Below are positions 1-13,400 of a stretch of DNA of 64,000 nucleotides, piece by piece. The stretch is from Antechinus flavipes (Eukaryota). The translations under genes and the position numbers were made by a program. The notes beneath the pieces are model-generated. The model saw nothing but the letters and a program-made list of their open reading frames with translations, made no database searches and was not told where the DNA came from. The first letter of the stretch is position 1. The number at the start of each line of letters is the position of its first letter. The stretch lies in contig NC_067399.1 in NCBI RefSeq assembly GCF_016432865.1, positions 49,290,001 through 49,354,000 of the forward strand. Reading direction: 5' to 3'.

Positions 1-120
1 TAATGCAAAATGTTTTAAGTCTACTCTTATTGTGAAGCCTGTGCCCTTGGGGTTAGGGGAAAAAAGTATTATAGGATAGGCTGGCAGCAGCTACAGCCAA
101 AAATGTATGTTTTTTCACAG

Positions 121-228
121 CTGTTGGCCACCTGTGAAAAGTTTGACCCCGAGGTGAAAGCTGCCCTCCTGAGTAGCCAGCAGTCCCCTGAAGATGGTGA
201 CTTATATAGTGAACCTCTTCTCTTCTGA
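121..228 (+). CDS. FANCA: FANCA terminal coding exon (3'-partial gene; upstream exons lie outside the window)
   Basis: The acceptor tttttcacag ends at 120. The exon reads LLATCEKFDPEVKAALLSSQQSPEDGDLYSEPLLF* (TGA 226-228), matching the recalled human FANCA C-terminus ([35 protein letters not shown]). Its position is tail-to-tail with ZNF276, as in human. Not in the ORF track. Confidence 0.9.
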   Translation: MLATCEKFDPEVKAALLSSQQSPEDGDLYSEPLLF

Positions 229-381
229 ATGATGTCTGTGCTGGAAGGACCTTGTCCCAAGGAAGACTTTTGTTGGTATAATAATTTGGCTATTGTTCCT
301 GAGGAATAGAAAAATCACTTTCTTATTGGACAGAGGCAGCAGAATACTACTGTGCATCAGCCCAGGCTACTTCGTAAATAA

Positions 382-387
382 TTTATT
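382..387 (-). terminator. Candidate ZNF276 polyadenylation signal (AATAAA on minus strand)
   Basis: tttatt at 382-387 is the first canonical hexamer I found downstream of the ZNF276 stop at 895. Confidence 0.55.
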
Positions 388-894
388 ACAGGCATAACCA
401 TGGAGGTCTTGTTACACTAAAAAGTGGATTACAAATACCTTCAATTGCTTTGAGGCAGGGGTAATCAATTATTTAAAATCTGAGGCTGGTTCCAAATCAT
501 TCACTTTCCCAGGGGAAGTGAACCTTTTGCCCTGCAGAAGAAGAGCTACAGTACAGACCTGAGGGGCTGTTTTATGACAGAGAATGTGGGACTGCCCTAC
601 TTCTACCGATCCACAGAAAAAAGGAGACGTGTCCATATCTGTCCATACTCTTCAAGTGATTCCATTCCATTTAAACACTGCTGCAATTGGACATAATTGG
701 GCAGGCAAAAAAAAAAAAAAAAAAGAAAGAAAGAAAGAAATTAAAGCATGGTTATCTTTGTGTTGGAGCAAGCTGAAACTATTGCCATTGAGTCCACTTG
801 AGTTGGAGAAACTATTAAAATTCGTGTTAAAAACTCTATTTGATCATTTGATTTGTACAAGGATGAATGACTATCCACACTGCTAGTGTGGCTT

Positions 895-3800
895 TCAGGT
901 GGGTTCCTGTTGTGCAACCAGTTCAGGTTTGACAGCCTGACTTTCCATCGTCCCTGAGGGGTTCATTAACTCAGTTGGCTGCTCACTCTGCAGTGGTTTG
1001 GCTTTGTCCTGGTTCTGGGTCAGTGGATGCACCATGGACATATGGACATTCAGGTTGTGAGCCTTCTCAAACCGTCGCCCACACTGGTCGCAGGCAAACT
1101 CCAACTCCGTCTCAGCTTTGTGTTTGGTCATGTGGTACTTCAGAGATGCTCGCTGCCTGCACTGGAACCCACAGATTTCACATCTGAGTGAGAGAGGGAG
1201 GGAGGGAGAGAGAGAAAAGAGTGAGTAAAGGACAGACCTGATGTGGATTCTGAGCTGCTGTTTACACACTATTCAGACTCATCAGCTCTCAAAGAACATG
1301 AAAACAAATTCAACTTAGCTAGAAACGTCTTTTAAAAACTACCATTAAATTAGCATTTGCAAGTGATGAAGTGATGGAAGTAAATGCATGAGAGAAAAAC
1401 TTCTAAAGTTACCTCATATTTGCCATGTGGTCTTACTGCAGGAAGGGGAAATAAAAGGCAAGACCTATCCTTTTTCCCACTTAACTAAAAATAACATCTG
1501 TCAAATCTTTAATTAGATGTCCTATCTATACTTACTGAAGGGGCTTTGCTCCTGAGTGACGCATCTGGTGAACTGAAAGGTGCTTCCGCTGTTTGAACGT
1601 CTGTCCACATTCATCACAGATATAATTCCGTACCTCTGCAATGCCACCCAAAAGCAAGACTCAAATTCAATTCCTCTTTTACAGTTTGTAAATATAATGA
1701 AGGAGGGAAGGGAAAACTGATCTAGATTGTCTATTTTCACCCTAATTTCTACTACCAAGAAAGATGGCCAGGAGAAGGAGGAAAAAAAAAAAACCTGCTT
1801 CAAAATCACCAAACAGTTTCAATGGTTAGAAATTTATGCCTGGGACGTATCCTAGGTAAATAAAAAAACTTTTGCCTAAATAGGAAAGTGTGTTGGGTAG
1901 AAAAGAAGGGATATAGTTTGAATTATTAATTATACATTATAGAAGTGAACATCAAAAAAAAAAAAAAATCAAGCTAAGTTAAAAGGAATGTTACCAAATA
2001 AAGGTTGCCAGTTCCTTTTGGAGGATTTAATAACATTATCTGTTAATCATGCTTGTTTTGAAGAGTTGTTTAAAAGTGATTTCTCTTTAGGTAAACATTC
2101 CCTTTCCTATCAAGTTTATCCTAGTTGTTTACCCAGCCTGTTTTTGATAAAGTAAAGGAAAACTCAGTAGCAGCCTTTGACAATTGTGTCTGTTACCTGA
2201 GAGCCTTCTTGGCTCCTCCAAGAGGCTCATCTGCAGGTTGGTCACAGCTAGTGGAGCAACTCTCTAAGATGATAATAGGAATAGCAAAAAGCATTTACAT
2301 CTCACTTCAAGGTTTTCATTTTATGATCATACCAGTCCACCTCTGGGGAGGAAGGTACTATTGTTCCTGTTTTATAGATGAGGAAACTGAATCAGATAGT
2401 TACTACCAAATTATGCAGAGTTTATGCTTTGTATAAGTGGAGGGAGTATTCACACTGAAATTTTTCAAATTGTATATTCTAGAATATTAAAATAAGGATA
2501 AATTTTAGCTATGTCCAAATTAGTGGGACTATATGAATGAGGCTAGATTTTTTTTTGTAGTTTATATAATTAACAATTGCCATTTTCTGAAGTGATGAAT
2601 CTTTGCTCCAATCCTCAGAAAAAACTTTCCTTTATATGTCTCATAATTGTTAAGATCAAGAATATTCTTAGTCATGTATGGATTAAATTATAGGGCCTGA
2701 GAAGTTCTTTCCAATAGAGACTATCTCTGATAGCTTGGGAAACATTCCATGATATATGGAAGTGAACAAAGGAGAAACTTTTATTTAGCAAGAATAAACA
2801 ATGTAGCTATAGTGCTCATCTTAATCATGAGCCTTAAAATTTTGATTCATAAAATACCAGGACCAGGCCAGAAAAAGATTAACAAACCTGTCTTCCAGGT
2901 ACATGAACATACCCAGATTCTGATCAGAGGCCTGACCGGCCAATGTCTTAAGCCCCAAATGTACAAAACCAGGAGGGAACATGAGGACCTAGGGCAGAGC
3001 CAGCCTACCTGTATGAATGAGCTTGACATGGCGCTGCAGATAGCGGTCAATCATGAACACCTTGTTACAGCCAGGGTGGGGACAAGGCCTCTCTCGTACT
3101 TCCTCATGATGCTCCTTTATATGTTTCTACAAGTAAGAAAAAGACACCCTTGAAATAGAACATCCTGATAAGCCTTGTGAATAGAAGAGACAAAGCCTGT
3201 TCTAGCAATCATTCTAGATAGTGAGAGAGCAAAGTGATGCTGAACGAATTTTGGACCAGGGGCTTTATTAATTCTCTGAAAATATGGCAAAGACTTTCTC
3301 TGAAAGTCACTAAGCCAGACATATCCTTTGAGGGGAAAACAACATTTGACATAGAATCAGGAAGATATGGATTCCCATCTTGGCTTTAGCCTTTAACTAG
3401 CTGTGGGACTAGGTAAATCTCTCTTCTGAGCTTCTGTTTCTTCTTCTATAAAATAAAGGTAACTATTTCTTAAACAGAGGTATATGAGTGTGTGTTGTAT
3501 GGCTGACATACACCTCTGTTCATTTGGCAATTAAACCCTTTTTGAAATTTTGACTTGACGCCCCAGTATTTTAAACATGTCCCTCGAGTCATCTGTAACA
3601 TTTCAAAAGAATCTTATGGAATGAATAATATCCCTCTTTTCTATGACCCAAATATGGGTGTAGAATTCTAGAACAGTAGAGAATTAACAGGCAAATGGTC
3701 AAGGAATTAGCTGAGAAACCCAATATTTCATAAATTAATTTCTGACCAGAAAAAAAAAAAGTTTTTGGTTGCGACCATTCTATCATTTCTGACACCAATA

Positions 3801-4381
3801 GCTAACAAGGTAAATAATTGCTATTCCATCCCTATTTAGAACACTGGAGAAACCTAATTTTGTGGGTGTCATAAGTGTCTTTAAAGCCTGAAAAATCTTT
3901 ATTCAATGAAGAGACCTTTCTACCAAGGAAGCATAGCTTTCATTTCAGTTGTACAATAAAGTATAAAATTTGAGCCTAAATGTTGAATTTGACTATTTTG
4001 AGCTGAGTTTGTACTCCCACTGGGGAAGATAAGCATTTTTCTCTTCAGAGATACTGGGCTTCTGCATCTCTTACATCATCCTGTAATCTATTCACATCTA
4101 CTACTCAAGAAAAACCTATGGACTATGGCAAAAGCTTCCTGACTCACGATTCTGCTTCTTTCTCCTCTAATCTGCCCTTCAAACAGCTGCCAAACTGATA
4201 TTCTTAAAACAGACCAATGATGTCACTCCCCTCAGAAAACCTTCACTCCCTAATACAACTGGGATCAAATGAAAAATTCTTAACCTGTTACTTAAAACTC
4301 TCTACAATATGGGTCCCTCTCACCTATTTTTTCAGACTGGTTTCCAACAGTTCTCCCTCACATATTCTCCATTCTAGTCAG

Positions 4382-4415
<34 letters not shown>

Positions 4416-7400
4416 CCCACCTCTTCTCAAATTTAGGACCTTAAATCTAAGAATATTGGGAATAATTGTGTTTCTAGTCCAGACCCACTTTCAACCTCAT
4501 CAGCACACCAACTACCACTTGGGAGTCACCTACCCTACAGACCCCGAGTATGGCAGGTCTTCTCTACAACTGGTCCTACTTCTGGCTCCACCCTCACATC
4601 CCAAAAAATCCCCAGAAGTAACTCTGGGGGACATTCAGGATGACAGCTTCTCCAGATGCTCTAGGCACAGATACCTGAAGACTCAAAAAAGATCATTCTC
4701 CCCAGAACCTTTGGTGCTCTATCATTGGGTCCAGAATCAGGAAATGATGGGATTCTGGCATTATAACCTTTGGTTTGCCACTTCATCCTAAGGATTATGG
4801 AACCTGCACCTGAAAGTGCCTGTGTGGGGTTATGTCCTACACTAGAAACATCCTATTCTCCTTTTCTATTGATGTTTCCAGCATTTAATATTGAGCTTTA
4901 CACATAAGTCCTTAATAAAAGCTGCTTCAGTCATTATTACTTAAACCAAGTAATTGTAAGTATCTTAAGATAGAAAAGCCCTTATATATACTAAATATTC
5001 ACAACTTTTTGTGATAGCAAATAAATGGAAACAAGTAAGTGCTCATTAATTTGGAAATGACTGAGGTTAGAAATGAGATAATAAATAAATGAAATACCAC
5101 CATGCCGTAAGAGATTAATAAATACAAAGAATTCAAGACTGCTTTGTCATAATGAGATTTCTTTTAACATCTACTTTATTTTTCATTTGGATTTAATATT
5201 TGTTCAGTAGCTCTGTTCATATCTAGATATGCTGATGCTGACAGATAACACGTCCTTCATCCTTCACATTAATGCTGCTTTCATTGTGACAATAATACTA
5301 CCAACTTTGTCAACTTTTGTGACAACAGATACTACCTCCTATGAAATGCTTAGGATCAAACTTCAATATAAACCCAAAAGGCTGATTCTTGCCTTACCTT
5401 CATCCCATCTGCCCCTCTGTACACAGCTGTGCAGCCCTGGTAAGGACACTTATAAATGGTAGGCAGCTCTTCCCTGTAATTAAAAGCACTATATGAGTCA
5501 GAATTCTAACCTGAAATTGATAATAACAGGATCAGTATATGCTCTCCCTACTGACCTTTCACATTTTATCTTCTTTTTCCAACCTGGTTTGGGTCCTGGT
5601 TTCTTTCTAATTTTGGGTTCATCTGACTTCTTGGCTTTGCTGTCGCTCATCTTGCCAGAGATCCTGAATCAAAATGAAAAGATACTATTATTTTAATGTG
5701 TTATTTTTGTGACCAACACATTGCATGTATGACATGTGTTCTTAGCATGCAAAAGGCATTGAAATTTTTTTTGAGCCATCACAGTTAAATTATGTATTAC
5801 AAGCACAGCTTCCAATCTTCCCGGTATCTTAGCCTCCCAGAATCTCCAAATTTCATTTTGAAGCCCTAGAATTCTTCATTCACCAAAAGAAAGTTTGGTT
5901 CTCTCTAGGAATGTAAATATGTATTACGACCCCTTTCTCCCCATCCATCTTGTATTAGGATAAAGGAGTAAAAAGGGAAAAGAGTGATATAATAAAACAT
6001 TGTCTCTTTTTCTAGCTAACTTTATACATTTAAGTGCCAAGACACTTTCTTTAATAATTGTTGGTGGAAATATTTCTAAAATATTCTCTGCCATTAAAAA
6101 ATAGAATGCTGAACTTAAATTAACTGCTGTCTAATGACTTGGCATTATTATCATAAAAGGCAGTTACAATGTCCACACACACCCTTCCCTCCTCCTTCAC
6201 CTCATTATTATGCTTTGAAGGTTCTTGAATTTATTTTTCCATGATTTATTTTTTCTTGGCATTAGCTATTCCTCTTTGCTGCTGTCCACTGGCCTACCTA
6301 CAGCAACACCATTTTAAATTTTCTGTTACAAATTTGCTGTAATCTGGGAAAGCAGTTAATGAGATAATATGCTTGTCAGAATTGTATTTAGACTAAATAA
6401 ACTCTGAAGGGCTCTTCTTTATAGGTAAAGTGCATAACTTTTAATACTTGAACTTTGAACTATCTGCTTTTGTTCAAGAGACTTTTTTGGGGGGGGGCTT
6501 GCTTTCTAGTTCTCATTTATATTCTGTATAATAGAGAATGCCATATAAGCAAAAGTATTGCTTTTTAAAGGAAGGGAAATCCTCAAAAGGGACATGTGAG
6601 GAAACAGTTTATAACACTTGTAGAAATGAGGTCTATTCTAGCCAAAAGACATTTTTAAAAACTCACAAATTACTCCCAATACCTATCATTTGAGGAATTT
6701 CTCAGCCTACTGTATTCTTTCCAATGCATCTCCGTGTGAATACCTGTGAATAGCTAGAGAATAGGGACATGTTAACCAAACTTTAAGTGCTCATGAAGAG
6801 CCTTTGGGTTATATATTCCCCAGGTTCAATGAACCCTTTCTTAATAGTAGTCCTAAAGCAATTTGTTGGAATATGAAAAGATAATTGAAGTGGTTCTAGA
6901 TGAATAGGGCTCTACCCTTTAAATGCCTACTCTGCATTTCCATGGACTTCCAATCATCCTTTAGTAATAATTGGTAGATAATCTAATCTCAGAATCTAGT
7001 TCAGATAATGATAGGGCATTAGTTGACTCATTCCTCTTAAGAGTTCTTAACTGCCCCAAGCCACAGACTACATAGCAACTCCCTGCATATATCTTGAAGC
7101 CACATTGCCACTTTGTACCATTTCTCTATTCTTTTATCCCCCTTTATCCAAGTCAAATTCCTGGAAAGAGGGACTGCTAAGTGGTACAACAGACAGAGCA
7201 CCAGCCATGAAGGCAGGAGGACCAGAGTTCAAATCAAGTGTCTCAGACACTTAACACTGCCTAGCTATGTGACTTCTGGGCAAGTCACTTAACCCCAATT
7301 GCCTCAGTCAAAAAAAAAAAAAAAAAATCCTGGAAAGATCAGGTTAACTGTTCTTTGACTATTCACTTTCCTAATCCAAAACACTCCTTCCTAGTCCTAT

Positions 7401-10400
7401 TATTATTTTTAAAATTTCTTATCTCCCCTCATTAGAATATAAGCTCCTTGAAGGAAGGGACTGTATTTTTATATTTGTATTTCCAGTATCTGGCACATAA
7501 TAAGCACATAATTTTTCTTTCATTCAATAATTTATCTGTGCTATAACAGAAAGTGTAGGGACTTTCTTCACAGACCCACACTGTTCAAATAGATCTTAGG
7601 GCTCATTCTCAGCAAATCGAATTTTAAGAGGTTTTAAGGGATCATACCAGATAAAGGGCCCAAGCATTTTCTGGAAGAAGACACATGCAAAAAATATTTT
7701 TCTGTCGCTTTCTACACCACACTCAAGCCAGGATACTAGTCCCTAGAATTACCCACTTAATACCATTCAGTATCCAGAAATTTACTTGTAGACAAGAATA
7801 TAAGGCTCTTACTTTTTTTCTGGATAAGGCTCAAAGGATTCATCAGATGATTGTGTGTTTCTCCTCTTGTCATTTTCGTCATCACTCAAGAAGTCTCTGA
7901 AAAAGAAGCAAGGCCTTTTAACAAAGCACTGACTGAGCAGTGTAAGGCTTCAGCAGTATTACCAGTTCCTATCTGCAGGCCCTGGCCCTCACCCCTATTG
8001 CCTTCTCTCATCTCTTTACCAAAATATCTTAAAAATTGAGAATACCAAGACCTCCAAATATTCCCTATCAAAGTGAAAGAACAAACTATCACTAAGCTGA
8101 GGAGAACTCTTAAGGATAACAATATTCTTTAAGTATATGGATTAGTAGTTTGCTTTTTCTCCTTTTCATAGGCCTTTAGATAACCAAGGTCTCATCTGCA
8201 AGAGTTTTATTATTTTAACACCTTAAAGTCACAATGAAACTATTCATATGGTAAAAATAAATCTCAGACCTTCACTCTAAAATATTTGTTCCTACTAAGT
8301 CTATTCATTAGCAAATTTTGTCTCCATTAGGTTTTTAATGAGGAAGGCAAACTGGAGGGCAGTGTAAAGGAAATTGTCACAGCATCTCCCTCCCTGCCCT
8401 GAGTCCCACTCCACTCAAGAGACCCTTGTATCATCGACTAAAAAAAATCCATTTTCTGTTTCCTTCTACCACTTAAGCACTAAAGCTACTCAAAAATAAC
8501 TATGATGTCCCACCCCAGGGACCAAAACTTCTTTCTAGTTCATGTTATATTAACATTTGGGAGTTAGTATCTGTAAGGGAAGACCTGAGAGATAACAATT
8601 GATAAACAGGAATCTGAAGACAGAGATATTTTAACAACTCTTCAACATTCCCCAAGTCAAAAAAATTATTCAACTGAAAAAAGATTTTTTTCTTTCACTA
8701 CCACTAGAACTTTTGCCACTGATCCATATCCATAAAAAATATAGTATATTAGGATAAATATTAGATCTGGACCTGAGTTTGAGTCCTGGTTCTACTTCCT
8801 TTATGACTTGAAATAAGTCATGGGTAAGAGTGGGACCCAATGAATTCTATCAGTCTTTATTTCCAGAACTTAACCCAGCAATGCAGGGGTTCCTGAGCAC
8901 AACTCTGGACATTACAAGTCTACGATGACAAAGTTTGGTTTGGGAAGAAGAAATTTTAAGCTATTTAAACCCACTCTTCTCTCACCCCTCAGAAAGGTCA
9001 CTGAACTCGTCTTTTACCCGATCATCCAAGGCTGAAGATGAAACCTGCTTCACACTCAATTGCCCTGAGAAATAAAGAAAAAGGTTTGTGTTAGGTACCA
9101 ACACAGAATGGAATTGTAAGACCCAGCTCTGGAGTACTCTACAGCATGATTTGGTCAATATTTTTTAATTGCCACTTAAGAGGGAGGACCAGTGTGTGAA
9201 ATCACCAATTACTGCCATGTGCCTAAGAAGATCCACTTGAATACAGTAGCTATTTCAGGCATAATTGAGGACTATTTAGTACTAGTTCCTATAGGGCTTG
9301 CATTTTTCTATAATTCAAAGCCTGCTAGCCATCTTCCCCCCCAAGACCCTTTTGCTAGGTAGACAGCCTCTTCCTTGTACATGACATCTTGTAGTTTGTA
9401 TCTATGTATCCCTACATGTCATATAGGTCAAAGCTTTTTATTAAAGGTAGCCCAAAAATACTATTAGATCTGGTTTCCCTCATAACTGATCTATTTTAAT
9501 TTCTTTAGCTAGAAGAAAAAAGCCAAGTGTGACTTATCCCAATGGAGCAGCCCTGAGGCATACTGGAGGAAGATCAGGCCATGCTACAGCATCCTCAGTG
9601 AGCCCCCACATTCCATGGATAAATAACTAATTTTTCTTTTTCTTCACAATCAAGTTGTTCTACAAAACAGGTCTGTATTTTCTGTCTGCAACATGAATGG
9701 AAGGCCAGAGCTGAAGTGAATCTTAAAAGGAAACCTGCTGAAAAAGGGTCCTGTCAACTGATCAAGGAAAGAGAGCAGGCAGGAGGGAGGTAGCCTGTTT
9801 TCTCTTCAGGAAAGAATAGTAGTTTAAGTCAAGGGGAAAGTATCTGACAGTCATAATTCATTCCTCTGTGGAGGAGGGAGGGTCCCAAACTGCTCCATCC
9901 AGAATGTCAGTTTGGCCACCTATGGAGTTGTCTATTGTAGGCATGAGGAGTTCAAGGACATTGTCAGCAACTTAGAGTGACCAGTGGCTGAGAGAGGACA
10001 TAAACACAGGCCTACAAGAATGACCAGAATTGGTGGAACTGCCTTTAGCCAGCAAAGGACCTAGGCAGCCTTGAGTCACCTGCCTGAAGGGGAGCCCTGG
10101 CAGGAGACTTCTTACCTTGGACCCCACTCGGGGGCTCACTAGGCTCTGGTGGTGAATTTGGCTCAGGCCCCACAGGGTTGTCGTCTGAAGGGGGCTGCAC
10201 TTCATTTGTGCTGGGCAGCGACTGGCTCTCGGTGCCAGCTGGTACCATGGTCCCTTTGCTTCTAGGACTCTGCAGAACGGCTGCAGGAGGGTTGGTTCCA
10301 CTGGGGATGGAGAGCCGAGGGGCTGCCTCTCTATCCCATTCCCATTTGACAGCCAGTGTGCTATCAAGCAGCAGGGCACTGCAGTTTGAGTCTGTGTCCA

Positions 10401-13400
10401 TGATGTAATCATGGCCCTGGTCACAGCCCCACACTGCTTGGATGATGCCGCAGTACTCAGAAGAGAGCATGTTTTGGAGGCTGGGCACTGCCCCGCAGCT
10501 CACTGCGTGCCCATGGGCCCACCCCACCAGTCGGTGCAGGCACTGGGGACTGGAGGTGATCAGGTCCACTGTACAAAGTTAAAGACAGAGGTGGTTAGCT
10601 TCCAACAGCAGCCATCACATCTCTATCACAGGACGCCAAAGATCCCAAGAAGCCGGGCGACATACTCACCCAGACAGGTTCCCTCCTCTGTCTCAGCCTG
10701 GGACCCATCATCAGGGCTGCCCCTGCAAATGGAAGCAGCACCAGTCAGATACCACACGGGGATGGAGGGTGAGGAGAAAGTTGCCATAAGCCAGAGGGCC
10801 CGGGCCTCTTGTCTGAACACAAGAGACCATGCCCATCTGCAGTAGCAGCTGAAACTAAAGAGCCCTGTCACCTCCTGAGCTGGGTACGGCCCAGGCACCC
10901 AGCACGAGATGTGGTTCAGCGGCTCCAACTGCTGACTCGACAGTTGAGTCCTGTTCTTGCTGCCATCAGCAAGTGGCTGTGTGACTTAGGGCAACCTCAC
11001 AACATCACCACTCAGCCCAACTTAACATCTTGGTAAAACAACAACCTACTTTCCTCGGGGCTTCCGGTGGCCCGTGGGGGAGGTATTGACCCTCTGCAGG
11101 AAGGACTTGAGAATGCTGTGGCACTTGTAGAACTGGGAGTGGCAGTTCTTACAGACAAACTGGGGGAGGGTAGGATCCTGGTGAATAGGCACCCCCAGCA
11201 GGCGTTTGAAGTCCATGAAGAAGACCTGCTCCATCCGGCGCGGCTTCTCGCAACTCTCACCTGGCACCTGACCAAAGATGTGGCGGAGACTCCGTGAGGA
11301 AAACTTCCCGTGACAGAGGCGACAATAGCCCATGCTAAGAGGGCGGCCTGTCCCTGTGAAGAGTAATGAGAGAAGGTAAATATGACACTGACTGGGCCAT
11401 TGTCTTTTTTTTTTTCCAAAACAGACAAGGCTAAGACATGAGTCAGAGACTCATGTCTTCCTAGAGGATGGGCTTTGGAAGAAAGATTCTCAGCACCTTT
11501 ATATCCCAAATGCTGCTGAATCTAAAGGCTGGCCATGCTTGAAAAGGAGGAAATATGGCACTGTTTATACACACCACTCCATCAAACTCAGAGCACTCCT
11601 GCCAAGCATGAAGGCATTCCCTAGGATCTTCACATAAAAGCAATCTTTAAACACTGACTAATGTGTCTGGATAATAGTCAAAGCCCTGGCATTTGGCTCT
11701 GAGCTGGGATTTCCAGACTTGAAATGGAGACTTTTGGTGACTGATGGTAGCATTAATATATTACATTAAATATTAGCACTAAAAGGGCCCTTAGAGATAA
11801 ATTCATAATACGATCATTTTATGAAGAAGAAAACTGAGAGCCAGGCAGAAATGACTTGTCCAAATTTCCATGGGGAATAATCTGCAGACTTGGGACTCAG
11901 ATCCATGTCTGACCCATGTTGCCAAATGCAACATTTTTTTTCCCACCATGCTACATTGCCACTTCATAAACAGTCATACTCAGACTCAAACCCAGGTCTA
12001 ACTCTTAGTCTAATGCTGTTTTTGCTTTACGGTGTATTTCTAGAGCACTTATTGAAGAATTCCTGGTATTCTCCCATCAATCATTTCATTTCTTCTCAGA
12101 GCATCCAAACAAAGACAGGCCCAAAGATGAGGGCCCAGATATGTATCTGCCACTGTCTATCTGGACAGCTTAAAGCAGATAGCCTCCATATGCCTCATGT
12201 TCCCCATCTATCAAATAGGGATGTCACAGGATTCTCATGAGGCTTAAATGAGAAGATGAATTGTGAAAACTCTTTTTGAAAAGAAATGGCAAATATTAGG
12301 CCTATGATGATTATTATTCCTTCTTTTACAAATGGGGAAATTGAGACAGAATAGTCAGAAGTCGTCCTATGACTGTCACAAAAGAGGGAACTACTACCAA
12401 TGGTTCTCAAACTTTTGTTCTCAGTACCTTTATGTTGTTAAAAAAAAAAAAAACTATCGAAGATCTGTTCAAAGAGTTTTTGTTCACAAGGGTTATATTT
12501 ATAGCTATTTACTATATTAGAAATAAAAAATAATTTTGAATTTGTAGACCCTCTGAAAGGGTTTTAGAGACCCCAACAATTCTTTAAACTACACTTTGAG
12601 GACCACTGTTTAGTAGTTTAGTAACTAAACCTCCCATCTAATGCAAACCTTTCCATATCAATATCCATGGCCCACAGTAGCTAAGGTACATAGAACAAAA
12701 CATTTCCGTTTAGTTGTTACTGAATGCCCAGTGATATCAGTCAGTTGATCAGCATTCATTATGTTCTTACTACATGTGAACCATTGTACTAAGTACTCTG
12801 GATAGAAAAACAAGAGAACATTCATATTCTTCATTCAAGTGTGGTCTTAGAGCCTAAAGCGTTCTCTTCTCACTGGAAAGAGCCTGGCCTGCCACAGTGG
12901 TTTTCAACCCTGCTCAGAAAAATATCTAAATCACAGTATACATAAAAAATGCTGTGCCCTTAGAACATGGCACAGATTTCCTCAACAAGGCAATATTCTC
13001 AGCATCACTAAAAGTCCCTCATTTTATAGAGGAGAAAAATAAGGCTATTGTTCCTACCAGTTAGCAGTGGAGCTGGGACCAGAGCCCTGGAACATCACTT
13101 CTAACTCCTAGAACTGTGCTCCTCATAATATAATATGTATTTTTTTGAACAGCTTCCATACAATTGGAGGGTATTTCACAAATGCCCTCCTTCCCTGAAT
13201 ACCATTCCCAGTTGATGATTACTGCTACTACTAGGAAGAGTAACCCCTATAATGAGGCACAATTTGAGGCAGAAGAACTGGACTATCTGGGACAGTAAGG
13301 GCAGAATAGGAAGGGGAACAAAATTCATATCCAGGGACCAAATTAAAGCCTTTAGACTACCTCAGAAAGCACTTGGGAAGAATTCTCAAAAGTCTCAAAT

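Noticed and set aside
584-886. 100-aa ORF with a poly-Lys tract
   Set aside because: The poly-Lys comes from an A18 tract in the FANCA/ZNF276 UTR overlap; there is no homology or splice support.
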